From a virus: a stretch of DNA of 64,000 nucleotides. The notes beneath the pieces are model-generated. The model saw only the letters and a list, made by a program, of their open reading frames with translations, was not told the origin of the DNA and did not search any database. The DNA lies in the IMG/VR virus record IMGVR_UViG_3300034200_001536, positions 1 through 64,000 of that record; one strand, 5' to 3'. This document shows, one piece after another, positions 40,862 through 50,380 of the stretch; position 1 is the first letter of the stretch, and the number at the start of each line of letters is the position of its first letter. The position numbers and the translations under genes are program-made.

Positions 40862-41392
40862 ATGATTCTTGGTTTAGACATTTCAACTTCAATTACAGGA
40901 ATAACCGTCCTTGATGATACAGGGGCGGTTGTTCTTTTTGATATGATTGATACTCATTCCAAGAAATTTACTAGCTTTTTTATGAAAGCAGACGCAGTTG
41001 AACGGCGGCTGGTACAGCTAAAAAGTGAGTATAAAATCGATAAAATCTTCATAGAACAAAGTTTACAAGCGTTTAGACCGGGATTATCCTCTGCAAAAGT
41101 CATTTTGACACTAGGAAAATTTAATGGTATAGTTAGTTGGATTTGTTACAAGATTTTTGGGATTCAACCAGATTATATTGGCGCTTCTACCGCTAGAAAA
41201 GCACTTGGGATTAAGGTAGAGCGTGGTGAAAACGCAAAAGAAATCGTCTTAAAGCGTGTTTTAGAGCTTGAAAAAGGCTTTGTAGTAAAGTATACTCCTA
41301 AAGGTAATCCAGTAGCCGGCACTTATGATAGAGCCGATAGCTATGTTATTGCCAAAGCGGGGTATTTGTCTTGTCAGACACCAAAAAAGTAG
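40862..41392 (+). CDS. ruvC: RuvC-like Holliday junction resolvase
   Basis: ILGLDISTSITG, IFIEQ and DRADSYVIA catalytic motifs. Confidence 0.85.
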   Translation: MILGLDISTSITGITVLDDTGAVVLFDMIDTHSKKFTSFFMKADAVERRLVQLKSEYKIDKIFIEQSLQAFRPGLSSAKVILTLGKFNGIVSWICYKIFGIQPDYIGASTARKALGIKVERGENAKEIVLKRVLELEKGFVVKYTPKGNPVAGTYDRADSYVIAKAGYLSCQTPKK

Positions 41393-42312
41393 AAATTCTT
41401 AAGCAAATTCTTGGTGATTATTACACTTCTGGTCATGAAAAGCTGTTTTTCTGTCCAAAATGTAAGCATCACAAGAAGAAATTGTCTGTTAACTTAGATA
41501 AAGATGCCTTTAAGTGTTGGATTTGTGATTTTTCTGGTAAATCTGTTCGTCGCTTGGTGCTAAGGTATGGTAATTATGTCCAACAAAAGACGTGGAATGA
41601 GCTTTCTGGTATTGTTGAAATTACGGAATACGAAAAAATCTTCCTTGCAGAAGATAATGTTGAAGAAAAGATTGAACCAATCAATCTTCCGCCAGAATTC
41701 CAGACGCTTTGCAACAGGGATTTAGGACTTTCTTCTCTTCCTGCACGTAGATATCTTAAAGACCGTGGTGTAAGCAAAGAAGATATTCTATTTTGGAAGA
41801 TTGGCTATGCTGTTTCGGGCGAATATAAGGGTAGAATTATCGTTCCATCATTCAATCTTGACGGTAAAGTAGACTATTTTATTGGTAGAACATATGAAAA
41901 TGATTGGAAGCGTTATCTTAATCCTCCAACGCCAAAAGATATCATTTTTAATGAGCTATATATTGATTGGAGCAGTGATATAACTATCGTTGAAGGTGTT
42001 TTTGACGCCATCAAGGCAAAAAACGCTATACCTATTCTTGGTTCTACTTTAAGGGAAGGTTCAAGAATATTTCGTGAATTAATTCGTAATGACCCACGCA
42101 TTTATATAGCTCTAGACCCTGATGCGGAGAAAAAAGCTGATAAATTAATCAATTCGCTATTGACATATGACGCAGAGGTTTACAAAATTGAGATTCCAGA
42201 AGGAAAAGATGTTGGTGATATGTCACATGAAGAATTTTTAGAGCGTAAGAAAGAGGCTAAACTAATTAAAGATAGCGATTACATGCTAATTAAAAAAATA
42301 ATGAGTCTTTAA
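41371..42312 (+). CDS. dnaG: DNA primase (Zn finger plus TOPRIM)
   Basis: CPKC..H..KCWIC, GRIIVP, VEGVFDA, ALDPDA, KDVGD. Confidence 0.9.
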   Translation: MSDTKKVEILKQILGDYYTSGHEKLFFCPKCKHHKKKLSVNLDKDAFKCWICDFSGKSVRRLVLRYGNYVQQKTWNELSGIVEITEYEKIFLAEDNVEEKIEPINLPPEFQTLCNRDLGLSSLPARRYLKDRGVSKEDILFWKIGYAVSGEYKGRIIVPSFNLDGKVDYFIGRTYENDWKRYLNPPTPKDIIFNELYIDWSSDITIVEGVFDAIKAKNAIPILGSTLREGSRIFRELIRNDPRIYIALDPDAEKKADKLINSLLTYDAEVYKIEIPEGKDVGDMSHEEFLERKKEAKLIKDSDYMLIKKIMSL

Positions 42313-42313
42313 T

Positions 42314-42511
42314 ATGTCTGATAGTCAAAAATATGACGAAAAAACATTAATCTCGCTACTAAAAATAATGTTAGCTGTTCGTTCGGATTTATCAAAAGAA
42401 GAAAAAGAATCTGTTTTGAGATTAGCAGAACAAATAATTAAAAAAGGCAAAAAAGAAGATTATGAAGATAAACAAATCTTTCCTAACACGGATTATAAAA
42501 GAAGAAATTAA
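42314..42511 (+). CDS. small hypothetical protein
   Basis: 65-aa ORF starting just after the primase stop. Confidence 0.55.
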   Translation: MSDSQKYDEKTLISLLKIMLAVRSDLSKEEKESVLRLAEQIIKKGKKEDYEDKQIFPNTDYKRRN

Positions 42512-42935
42512 GAAAGTAATATATGAAGAAGATATTGGTCCCGAAAAGGAACTAATAGATTTGTTTGTACAATATCGTAATTATTTTTCTAAAAATCCAA
42601 CTAAAAATAAAGATGAATTGCCAGACTTTGAAGCAATGATAAAACAAATTGCTCCAAATTATTCTCCTGAAGAAATTATTCATATGCTTCAAGGTAAAAT
42701 TGACCGTCAACTATTTTCATTTATTAAAGATATACTTTTACGTGATAAAAACATGAAAACACAAAGTGATAAACTTGATAATTACGAAATGTCTATAACT
42801 CCCGACGAGCAAAACGTTTATCAAGTCTATAATAAGCAAGACCCAGACCCCGGCTTTATGCGTGTACCAAAAGACGACGAAGCATATGACCAAGAAGATG
42901 TTCGTAAGGACCGTAAAACTTTAACTCAATCATAG
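42462..42935 (+). CDS. hypothetical protein with MKI..IIKEE leader (possible internal head protein)
   Basis: MKINKSFLTRIIKEEI. Confidence 0.7.
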   Translation: MKINKSFLTRIIKEEIKKVIYEEDIGPEKELIDLFVQYRNYFSKNPTKNKDELPDFEAMIKQIAPNYSPEEIIHMLQGKIDRQLFSFIKDILLRDKNMKTQSDKLDNYEMSITPDEQNVYQVYNKQDPDPGFMRVPKDDEAYDQEDVRKDRKTLTQS

Positions 42936-42947
42936 GAAAATATTTTA

Positions 42948-43142
42948 ATGTCAGAACGTCCAGAAAGCGGTGGAAAAAGTGAAGGCAAAAGATGTGGCGG
43001 TGCTTGTAAGCATAGCAGCACATATCACCAAGTAAAATGGTTTGATAAATTTACAAGCATGTATTATTATGGTTGTGCATATGTAGATTGTAAATGCATG
43101 AATTATGTAGCAACTGATATTAAAAATACCGATATACGCTAA
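42948..43142 (+). CDS. small Cys/His-rich putative Zn-binding protein
   Basis: CGGACKH....H and GCAYVDCKCMNY. Confidence 0.6.
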   Translation: MSERPESGGKSEGKRCGGACKHSSTYHQVKWFDKFTSMYYYGCAYVDCKCMNYVATDIKNTDIR

Positions 43143-43168
43143 TTTTTTTTGTCTTACTGGCAAAAAAA

Positions 43169-43177
43169 ACTATTTAC
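43169..43177 (+). promoter_or_regulatory. putative late promoter ACTATTTAC
   Basis: Recurrent motif; AAGGAG RBS downstream. Confidence 0.55.
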
Positions 43178-43209
43178 TGTAATTTTGCAGTATCAACAAG
43201 GAGAAAAAT

Positions 43210-43464
43210 ATGAAGATTACAAAAGATGATTTAAAGAAGCTTATTAAAGAAGAATTGACAAAAGAAATGTCTGCTCCAACACCTGTGCAAGAAGCACCTA
43301 TGCCAGAAGAATTAAGCGAAGCAAGCTTAAAAAGAGCTGCTGGTGTTATTTCTAAAGTTTTAAAATATCATAAAACAACAATACAAAAATACTATGGTCC
43401 AGATGCTGTGCAGGGGCTTGAAGAGGCATTAGAAGTTTTGCCAAAAATATGGGCAACTATTTAA
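43210..43464 (+). CDS. hypothetical protein with MKI..LIKEE leader (possible internal head protein)
   Basis: MKITKDDLKKLIKEEL. Confidence 0.75.
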   Translation: MKITKDDLKKLIKEELTKEMSAPTPVQEAPMPEELSEASLKRAAGVISKVLKYHKTTIQKYYGPDAVQGLEEALEVLPKIWATI

Positions 43465-43502
43465 TAAACAAACTTGTAATAGAACAAAACTTGTAGTAAC
43501 AT

Positions 43503-43534
43503 GACCGTTAAGAATACCACTTAACGGTCTTTTT
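43503..43534 (+). terminator. intrinsic terminator
   Basis: GACCGTTAAG-aatacca-CTTAACGGTC-TTTTT. Confidence 0.8.
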
Positions 43535-43567
43535 GTATCGTGATAGTGTAAAGCATCTGGAGGTAGA

Positions 43568-46500
43568 ATGAAGATAGCGCACGTAGCGGACACACATATA
43601 AAAAACTTGAAGTACCACGATGAATATCGTGAAATTTTTAATAAGATGTATGAGATTATGCGTGAACAAAAAGTTGACGCTATTGTTCACTGCGGCGATA
43701 TTGCTCACACAAAAACACAAATCAGTCCTGAATTTGTTGATATGACAAGCGAGTTCTTTAAGAATCTTGCTTCTATCGCACCAACTTATATTATTCTAGG
43801 CAACCACGATGGAAACCTACGTAATGATTCACGTCAAGATGCAATTACGCCAATTGTTTCTGCACTAAATCTTCCTAATCTATTTCTCCTAAAAGACAGC
43901 GGAGAAATGGCGATTAGCGACGATGTGACATTAAATGTCATGAGTGTGTTTGACCAAGAAAATTGGGTTAAACCAGTTAATCCAGATAAGATTAATATTG
44001 CTCTCTTACACGGTTCTGTGTCTGGTGTTCAAACCGACACAAATTATGTAATGGAGCATGGTGAATTTACTGTAGATATTTTTGAAGGCCATGATTATGC
44101 TTTCCTTGGCGATATTCACAAGACAAATCAGATTCTTGATTTGGAAGGTCGTGTCCGATATCCCGGCTCTACCGTTCAACAAAACTTTGGCGAAACAGAC
44201 GATAAGGGTTTCTTAATTTGGGATATCCAAAGTAAGGAAAGCTTCAGCTGCAAACACTATGCCATTCCTAATCCTCGTCCATTCGTTACATTAGTATTGG
44301 ACGAAAACGGCGTATTGCCCGAGATTGACGTTAAGAAAGGTGCAAGAGTTCGTATCGTTGCTGACAAGAACGTTACGCTAGAAAAGGTTAAAAAGGCTAC
44401 AGAGGTCGTTAAAAGCCGTTTCCAGCCTGAGAGTGTAACCTTCGTTAACAAAGCGGTTATCTCTAAGGCATCACAAGATGAAATTAATTCTATTGGTCAT
44501 GCAGATAATTTACGCGACCTTGGTGTACAAGAACGTCTTATCCGCGATTATCTAAAAGATTTCAAGGCAGAAGAAGAAGTGGTAAACAAAGTTGTTGACC
44601 TAAACAAGAAGCTTTCTTCTGCTATTGAAGAAGGTGAAGAAATTAATCGTAATGTTCGCTGGTCCCTTAAAGAATTAGAGTGGGATAACCTATTTAATTA
44701 TGGCGAGGGCAATCGTGTTAATTTCCAAGACCTATCAGGAATCGTTGGTATTTTCGGCAAGAATTATTCTGGCAAATCTTCTATTGTTGACAGCATGCTT
44801 TATACTTTGTTTAATACCACTGCCAAAAACAACAGAAAAAACCTAAACGTCATCAACCAAAACAAAGAAAAAGGTCGTGGCAAAGTCAAGATTGAAATTG
44901 ACGATGGTGAATACGTCGTTGAACGCAAGTCTGAAAAGTATATCAAAAAGCTAAAAGGCGTTGAAACAATCGAAGCTAAAACAGATGTAGAATTTACTTC
45001 ATCCAATGAATCATTGAATGGTCTTGCTCGTAACGATACGGACAAGAATATTCGTCGTTTCCTTGGAACAGTTGATGACTTTTTCTTGACAAGCATGGCT
45101 AGTCAGTTTGGTTATCTTTCATTTATTTCTGAAGGCTCAACTAAGCGTAAAGAAATTCTTGCCAAGTTCCTTGATTTGGAAAACTTTGACAAGAAATTCA
45201 AGCTTGCAAAAGATGAAAGCGCAGAATTAAAAGGCTTGCTCAAAAAGCTTGAAGGCGTAGATTATAAGCGTGATATTGCCAATGCAGAAACACAACTTTC
45301 TGTTCTTGATAGCACGCTAGCTGAACAAAAAAGCCTTGTAGAGCAGCTACGTGGAAAAGTTATGGATGCAAATGAAACACTTTGTCAGTTACAAAAGAGT
45401 ATTGCTAATGTTCCAAACCTTGTTCTTAATTGGGACGATATCAACAGTCAATTAAATTCATATCGTGCGGATAGAAAGAGAATCGGTGAAGAAAATGTTT
45501 CTCTAGAAAGCGAAATTGCAAAGCTAGAAACTCTTTCACTAAAGATTGATGAATTCCTTTCTAATCTTGATGAAAAGGAATTGATGTTAAAGGACCAACA
45601 GCTTAAGTTTATTAACGACCAAGTAAGAATTTTGGAGCGAGATTACGGTCTTGCTACAAACGAAATTGCTGCGTCTGATAAAAAGATTAAGCTACTTGAC
45701 CAAGTTCCATGCGGCGATAAATTCCCAACATGTAAATTCATCAAAGATGCGTTTGCTGCAAAAGAATCCTATGATGATTTGGTAAAAAACCAATCATTAA
45801 TGGATGGTACTTTGCGTGAAACAAAAGAAAAGTTTAATGTTCTTGATGCCGAAGTATCTGATGGTTTGAAAAAGCTTTCTGATATCAAGAAGAAGCGTCT
45901 AGAAACAACCACAAAACTATCTTCTTGCCAGCTTAAATTGGAGAAGAATAAAAATACAGTTATCAATCTTGATAAAAAGATTGAAGAGGCAGAAGAAAAG
46001 CTAAAACTTTACAATGATAATCGTGAAGCTATTGAGAATTATGAAAAGCTTTTAGCTAATCGTGAAGATGCAAAGCGTAATGTTGTATTTTATACAAAGA
46101 AACTAACTGATATAGAGCATGAAATTGTAGAACTCTACAAAAATCACGGTTCTGTATCCGCTAAAATAGATATATTCCGTAAACAGGAAGCAGAATTACA
46201 AGATTTGCGTAAACAATATAGTGCTTATGATTTGTTTTTAACATGTATGCATCCAAGTGGTATATCTTATGAAATCATCAAGAGCAAACTACCGGAGATT
46301 AACCAAGAAATTGCCAAGATTTTGGCAAATGTCGTTGAATTCTCTATTTACCTTGAGAACGACGATGATAAATTGGATATTATGATTAAACATCCTAAGT
46401 ATGACGCTCGCCCACTTGAAATGGGCAGTGGTGCAGAAAAGACTTTAGCCTCTACAGCTATTCGTCTTGCCTTATTAAACGTTACAACCCTACCAAAAGG

Positions 46501-46696
46501 CGACATATTTATTATGGACGAACCCGGAACTGCTCTAGATGCAGAGAACCTAGATGGTTTTGTACGCATCTTAGAACTAATTAAGGGATATTTCAAAACT
46601 GTAATCTTGATTTCACATCTAGATAGCTTAAAAGATTGTGTAGATATGCAAATCGTAATCGACCGTAAGGATGGTTTTGCATCCGTTAATCAATAG
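43568..46696 (+). CDS. fused Mre11/SbcD nuclease and Rad50/SbcC ATPase (gp47-gp46-like)
   Basis: Phosphoesterase motifs DTH, GD, GNHD, LHG, GDIH; Walker A GKNYSGKSS; coiled coil; signature GSGAE; Walker B IMDEP; ISH; GGAGGT RBS. Confidence 0.92.
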   Translation: MKIAHVADTHIKNLKYHDEYREIFNKMYEIMREQKVDAIVHCGDIAHTKTQISPEFVDMTSEFFKNLASIAPTYIILGNHDGNLRNDSRQDAITPIVSALNLPNLFLLKDSGEMAISDDVTLNVMSVFDQENWVKPVNPDKINIALLHGSVSGVQTDTNYVMEHGEFTVDIFEGHDYAFLGDIHKTNQILDLEGRVRYPGSTVQQNFGETDDKGFLIWDIQSKESFSCKHYAIPNPRPFVTLVLDENGVLPEIDVKKGARVRIVADKNVTLEKVKKATEVVKSRFQPESVTFVNKAVISKASQDEINSIGHADNLRDLGVQERLIRDYLKDFKAEEEVVNKVVDLNKKLSSAIEEGEEINRNVRWSLKELEWDNLFNYGEGNRVNFQDLSGIVGIFGKNYSGKSSIVDSMLYTLFNTTAKNNRKNLNVINQNKEKGRGKVKIEIDDGEYVVERKSEKYIKKLKGVETIEAKTDVEFTSSNESLNGLARNDTDKNIRRFLGTVDDFFLTSMASQFGYLSFISEGSTKRKEILAKFLDLENFDKKFKLAKDESAELKGLLKKLEGVDYKRDIANAETQLSVLDSTLAEQKSLVEQLRGKVMDANETLCQLQKSIANVPNLVLNWDDINSQLNSYRADRKRIGEENVSLESEIAKLETLSLKIDEFLSNLDEKELMLKDQQLKFINDQVRILERDYGLATNEIAASDKKIKLLDQVPCGDKFPTCKFIKDAFAAKESYDDLVKNQSLMDGTLRETKEKFNVLDAEVSDGLKKLSDIKKKRLETTTKLSSCQLKLEKNKNTVINLDKKIEEAEEKLKLYNDNREAIENYEKLLANREDAKRNVVFYTKKLTDIEHEIVELYKNHGSVSAKIDIFRKQEAELQDLRKQYSAYDLFLTCMHPSGISYEIIKSKLPEINQEIAKILANVVEFSIYLENDDDKLDIMIKHPKYDARPLEMGSGAEKTLASTAIRLALLNVTTLPKGDIFIMDEPGTALDAENLDGFVRILELIKGYFKTVILISHLDSLKDCVDMQIVIDRKDGFASVNQ

Positions 46697-46706
46697 GAGA
46701 AACGTT

Positions 46707-46994
46707 ATGGCTAATATGGGATTAAAAGATGAAGTAAAGGAAGAATTAACAGACTTAGATAAACGTATGGAAGCAGAAAGAAAAAAGTTAGACGGTTCAC
46801 GCTTAGGATTGGTTGATTTAGTAACTGAAAAGTTTATTTCCCGTAAATTATTGGTATGGGCTATAGCTACCGGTCTTTTATGGACAGCAAAAATTACTCC
46901 TGACGAGTGGACAGCTATTACGTTAGGTTACGTAGGTATTGAAGGTATGGCAGATTTAGCAGTAAAATGGCGTTCATCGGGAAAAAAGGAATAA
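46707..46994 (+). CDS. putative holin
   Basis: KFISRKLLVW followed by two TM helices and a basic tail; AGGAG RBS supports ATG 46707 rather than 46671. Confidence 0.55.
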   Translation: MANMGLKDEVKEELTDLDKRMEAERKKLDGSRLGLVDLVTEKFISRKLLVWAIATGLLWTAKITPDEWTAITLGYVGIEGMADLAVKWRSSGKKE

Positions 46995-46998
46995 TAAA

Positions 46999-47397
46999 AT
47001 GACTAAATTAAAACAATTATGGAATAAAATTAAGCTTTGGGTTGGTTTGTTTGTTGCAGGGCTTGTAGTAAGTTTTTTAGTATTCAGAAAAACTGTTGGA
47101 GATGGTTTAGAAGAGCAAAAAGAGCAATTAAAACAAGAAGAAGAGGCGAAATTAGCAGCACAAAAGAAACTAGAAGAAGAAAAAGTAAAACTAGAAGAGG
47201 AAAAACAGAAAGAAATAGCAAAAGCAGAAGAAGAAAAGAAACAAAAGCTAAAGGAAGCAGTAGAAAAGGCAAAACAAGAAAGAGATAGACTTAAAACTCT
47301 TGAAAAGCGTGACGCACAAGGTTTTATAATGGAAATGGAGCGTGAGTTAAGAGTAAAACCAAAGAAAAAGAAAGGTAAAAATAAGAGAAATGAATAA
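46999..47397 (+). CDS. membrane-anchored coiled-coil protein (i-spanin-like)
   Basis: N-terminal TM, E/K-rich coiled coil; follows the holin candidate. Confidence 0.5.
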   Translation: MTKLKQLWNKIKLWVGLFVAGLVVSFLVFRKTVGDGLEEQKEQLKQEEEAKLAAQKKLEEEKVKLEEEKQKEIAKAEEEKKQKLKEAVEKAKQERDRLKTLEKRDAQGFIMEMERELRVKPKKKKGKNKRNE

Positions 47398-47881
47398 ATT
47401 CAAATCTTTAATCAGTATCTTTATGTTGCTAGTGTTTCTAGCGACACGGACTTCTATTGCCTATGCTTTGCCTCCCTCTTCTAGTCCAGATGCTGGATAT
47501 ATAGAAGGGGAAGACGAAGACGGTGACTATTCTATTGTTAAAGCCGGAGAAGAAGTTCCATATGATGGATTTCTTTTTGATTCTGAAGCCTTAATCAAGG
47601 TAATGGCCAATAAATCATTTGAACTGGATAAATTAAGAATAGAAAAAGACTTTGAAATACAAAAACTCAATATAGAGATTCTTACTTTAAAGAAACAACA
47701 TGAATTAGAACTTAAAATTAATAGTGATTTAACAGATAATATAATAAAGATAAAAGATAACAGAATAATACAGTTAGAAGATAGTAAAAAATATGATGAT
47801 TTAAAACTGTTTGGTTCAATGTTACTAGGAATGGCTTTATCAGTTACTATATTTTATGCTGCAGTTAAAATAACTAAATAA
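47390..47881 (+). CDS. exported coiled-coil protein with C-terminal TM (spanin-like)
   Basis: Signal peptide ending AYA, coiled coil, C-terminal hydrophobic helix; overlaps previous gene. Confidence 0.45.
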   Translation: MNKFKSLISIFMLLVFLATRTSIAYALPPSSSPDAGYIEGEDEDGDYSIVKAGEEVPYDGFLFDSEALIKVMANKSFELDKLRIEKDFEIQKLNIEILTLKKQHELELKINSDLTDNIIKIKDNRIIQLEDSKKYDDLKLFGSMLLGMALSVTIFYAAVKITK

Positions 47882-47884
47882 ATT

Positions 47885-48271
47885 ATGAACAAAAAAGACC
47901 CTAATTACATAGCCGCATTAGAAAAAGCAGTAAAAGAAAAGTATGGAGAACAAGCAACAATGCATCCTAAATATTTCTGGAATCAAGAGAAGGAAAGAGA
48001 ATACGTAGCCGACACTAAAGAAACCGTTAAAAAAGAGCTAAGTAATGAACAATCCAGAGAAAAAATCGATTTAGGCGGGATTTTAATACCCAAGAAACTA
48101 ATTAATAAAAATGAACAGAAGTCTTGTTCTGTCTGTAAACAGTATAGTTTTGATAAAAAAGATGATGTTTTTTTAAATAAATTCTCTACCTGCCAACGTT
48201 GCTATGTTAAGCATATAGAAGATAGAGAAGAAAGATGGAATTCAGGTTGGCGTCCTAATGGAGATAAATAA
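47885..48271 (+). CDS. hypothetical Zn-finger protein
   Basis: CSVC...CQRC. Confidence 0.7.
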   Translation: MNKKDPNYIAALEKAVKEKYGEQATMHPKYFWNQEKEREYVADTKETVKKELSNEQSREKIDLGGILIPKKLINKNEQKSCSVCKQYSFDKKDDVFLNKFSTCQRCYVKHIEDREERWNSGWRPNGDK

Positions 48272-48781
48272 ATGGCTAGCATTCTAGAAGTTGTAAATGG
48301 AATTTCACAAGCAATACACGCTAAGCATCATGGTGGTGCTGAAGTAGGCTTAAAGCGTGAATCAGAAGACCTTGTACAAGGAGTTTCTATTTACGACCCC
48401 AGAATGATTGACGGTTTTGGTATTCAATATCAAGGAAACATGTTGATATTAAAATATCACAGTGAAATGCCTTTAACCAAAGTGCATGATAAGAATTTCG
48501 AAACTGATATTCGTCGTACTATGAAAGACATTATTGCTTTTATCAAATCTGAATACAAAAAAGTAACTAAAAAGTCTTTAGATTTAACTGAACATGGCGA
48601 TGTTAACGTTTTAGTACAAAGCGCTAATCGTAGAACTGCTTACGTTAACGCAACCCAATCATATCAAATTGGAAACGTAGAAGGTTATAACAAACAAGAC
48701 AGTAAACCAGAACAATCTTATGCTGATATTGCTAAGCGCTGGTTAATGAATGTTAAACAACCAAAGACATATCTTAAATAG
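48272..48781 (+). CDS. hypothetical protein
   Basis: 169-aa ORF directly upstream of the terminase. Confidence 0.7.
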   Translation: MASILEVVNGISQAIHAKHHGGAEVGLKRESEDLVQGVSIYDPRMIDGFGIQYQGNMLILKYHSEMPLTKVHDKNFETDIRRTMKDIIAFIKSEYKKVTKKSLDLTEHGDVNVLVQSANRRTAYVNATQSYQIGNVEGYNKQDSKPEQSYADIAKRWLMNVKQPKTYLK

Positions 48782-48797
48782 GTAATAAGGTAATGGC

Positions 48798-50375
48798 ATG
48801 GCGTATAAACTATCTAAAGAGGAAATTACTAAAGAAATCCTAAAGTGCGGCAAAGACCCAGCCTACTTCTTAGATAATTACGCCAAGATTGTTCATCAAA
48901 GTAAAGGTTTAATACCATTTAGAACTTTTAAGTTCCAAAAAGAGTTATTAAACGATTTCCATGACCATCGATATAACGTAATTTTGAAATCCCGTCAAAT
49001 GGGTATTTCAACAATTGTATCTGGTTATATTGCTTGGATGCTTTTGTTCCACAAAGAACGCAACGTTCTTGTAATGGCAACTAAATTAAATACTGCTATT
49101 GAAATAGTAGAAAAAGTAAAAGATATTATTGATTCAGTTCCAAGCTATGTCAAAATAGCTGACATAACAATTAATAATAAAACTAAACTTGAATTAAGTA
49201 ACGGTTCTAAAATTCAAGGTGTACCAACTTCAAAAGATGCAGGTCGTTCTCAAGCTCTATCATTGTTAGTAATTGACGAAGCTGCACACGTCGAAGATAT
49301 GGATGATTTATGGACCGGTTTATTACCAACAATTTCTACTGGTGGTCGTTGTATCGCACTATCAACTCCTAATGGTGTAGGAAATTGGTTTCATAAAACA
49401 TATGTTGATTCTGAAAGTGGTTTAAACAATTTTAAACCTTCTAAATTGCCATGGCATATGCATCCTGAATATACTCAGGAATGGTTTGACAATATGACAC
49501 GCAATATGAGCAAGCGTCAAGTAGCTCAAGAATTCGAATGTAATTTCAATGCATCTGGCGAAACGGTAATGCATGCTGACGACATTACTAAATTAAAGAA
49601 ATTTATTTGCGAACCAAAACATAGAACTTGGATTGATAGAAATTATCATATTTGGAAAGAATACGATTCTAACGGCTCTTATTTATTAACTGCCGACGTT
49701 GCAAGAGGTGATGGAAAAGATTATTCTGTTTTTCACGTTTTAGATGTTAAAAACATGGAACAAGTAGCAGAATACCAAGGAAAAGTAGATTTAGATAATT
49801 TTGCTAAATTGCTTTTTGACGCTGGAAAAGAATACGGTAATTGTATGATAGTTGTAGAAAATAATAACGTTGGATTTGCTGTATTAACAAAATTAATTGA
49901 CATGCGTTATCCAAATGTTTATTATTCGCAAAAAGGTTCACAAGATTTTATTGATAGTACTAGTGCTCAATATAGTTCGAATTCAGTTCCCGGTTTTACA
50001 ACTACGATGAAAACTCGTCCATTGATTGTAGCCAAATTAGAAGAATTTATTCGTAATAAAAGTATTAAAATTAATTCTCAACGTGTTATAAATGAATTAG
50101 ATACTTTCGTTTGGGTAAATGGTAGGCCAGAAGCACAAAAAGGCTATAACGACGATTTGGTAATGTCTTTAGCAATTGGTTGTTGGGTAAGAGATACAGC
50201 TATTATTAACAACGAAAGAAATTTAGAGTATTCTAAGGCATTCTTAAATTCAATCATTAAAAACGGTAATTATTTAGATACATCAGTGCGTAGTTTTCAA
50301 AGTGAAGATAAAGCTCGTAAAATTCAACAAGCTCAACAACAATATAAAGATTTCTTGTGGCTTATTAAAGGTTAA
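48798..50375 (+). CDS. terL: terminase large subunit (T4 gp17-like)
   Basis: ILKSRQMGIST (Walker A), LLVIDEAA (Walker B), STPNG, nuclease ADVARG..D, NDDLVM. Confidence 0.95.
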   Translation: MAYKLSKEEITKEILKCGKDPAYFLDNYAKIVHQSKGLIPFRTFKFQKELLNDFHDHRYNVILKSRQMGISTIVSGYIAWMLLFHKERNVLVMATKLNTAIEIVEKVKDIIDSVPSYVKIADITINNKTKLELSNGSKIQGVPTSKDAGRSQALSLLVIDEAAHVEDMDDLWTGLLPTISTGGRCIALSTPNGVGNWFHKTYVDSESGLNNFKPSKLPWHMHPEYTQEWFDNMTRNMSKRQVAQEFECNFNASGETVMHADDITKLKKFICEPKHRTWIDRNYHIWKEYDSNGSYLLTADVARGDGKDYSVFHVLDVKNMEQVAEYQGKVDLDNFAKLLFDAGKEYGNCMIVVENNNVGFAVLTKLIDMRYPNVYYSQKGSQDFIDSTSAQYSSNSVPGFTTTMKTRPLIVAKLEEFIRNKSIKINSQRVINELDTFVWVNGRPEAQKGYNDDLVMSLAIGCWVRDTAIINNERNLEYSKAFLNSIIKNGNYLDTSVRSFQSEDKARKIQQAQQQYKDFLWLIKG

Positions 50376-50380
50376 ATAAA

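Noticed and set aside
43143-43169. T8-GTC-ttact-GGC-A8 inverted repeat as a terminator
   Set aside because: Stem is almost all A:T with reversed polarity for a + strand terminator; too weak to call
48272-48781. Terminase small subunit by position
   Set aside because: No gp16-like motif recognisable; position alone is insufficient
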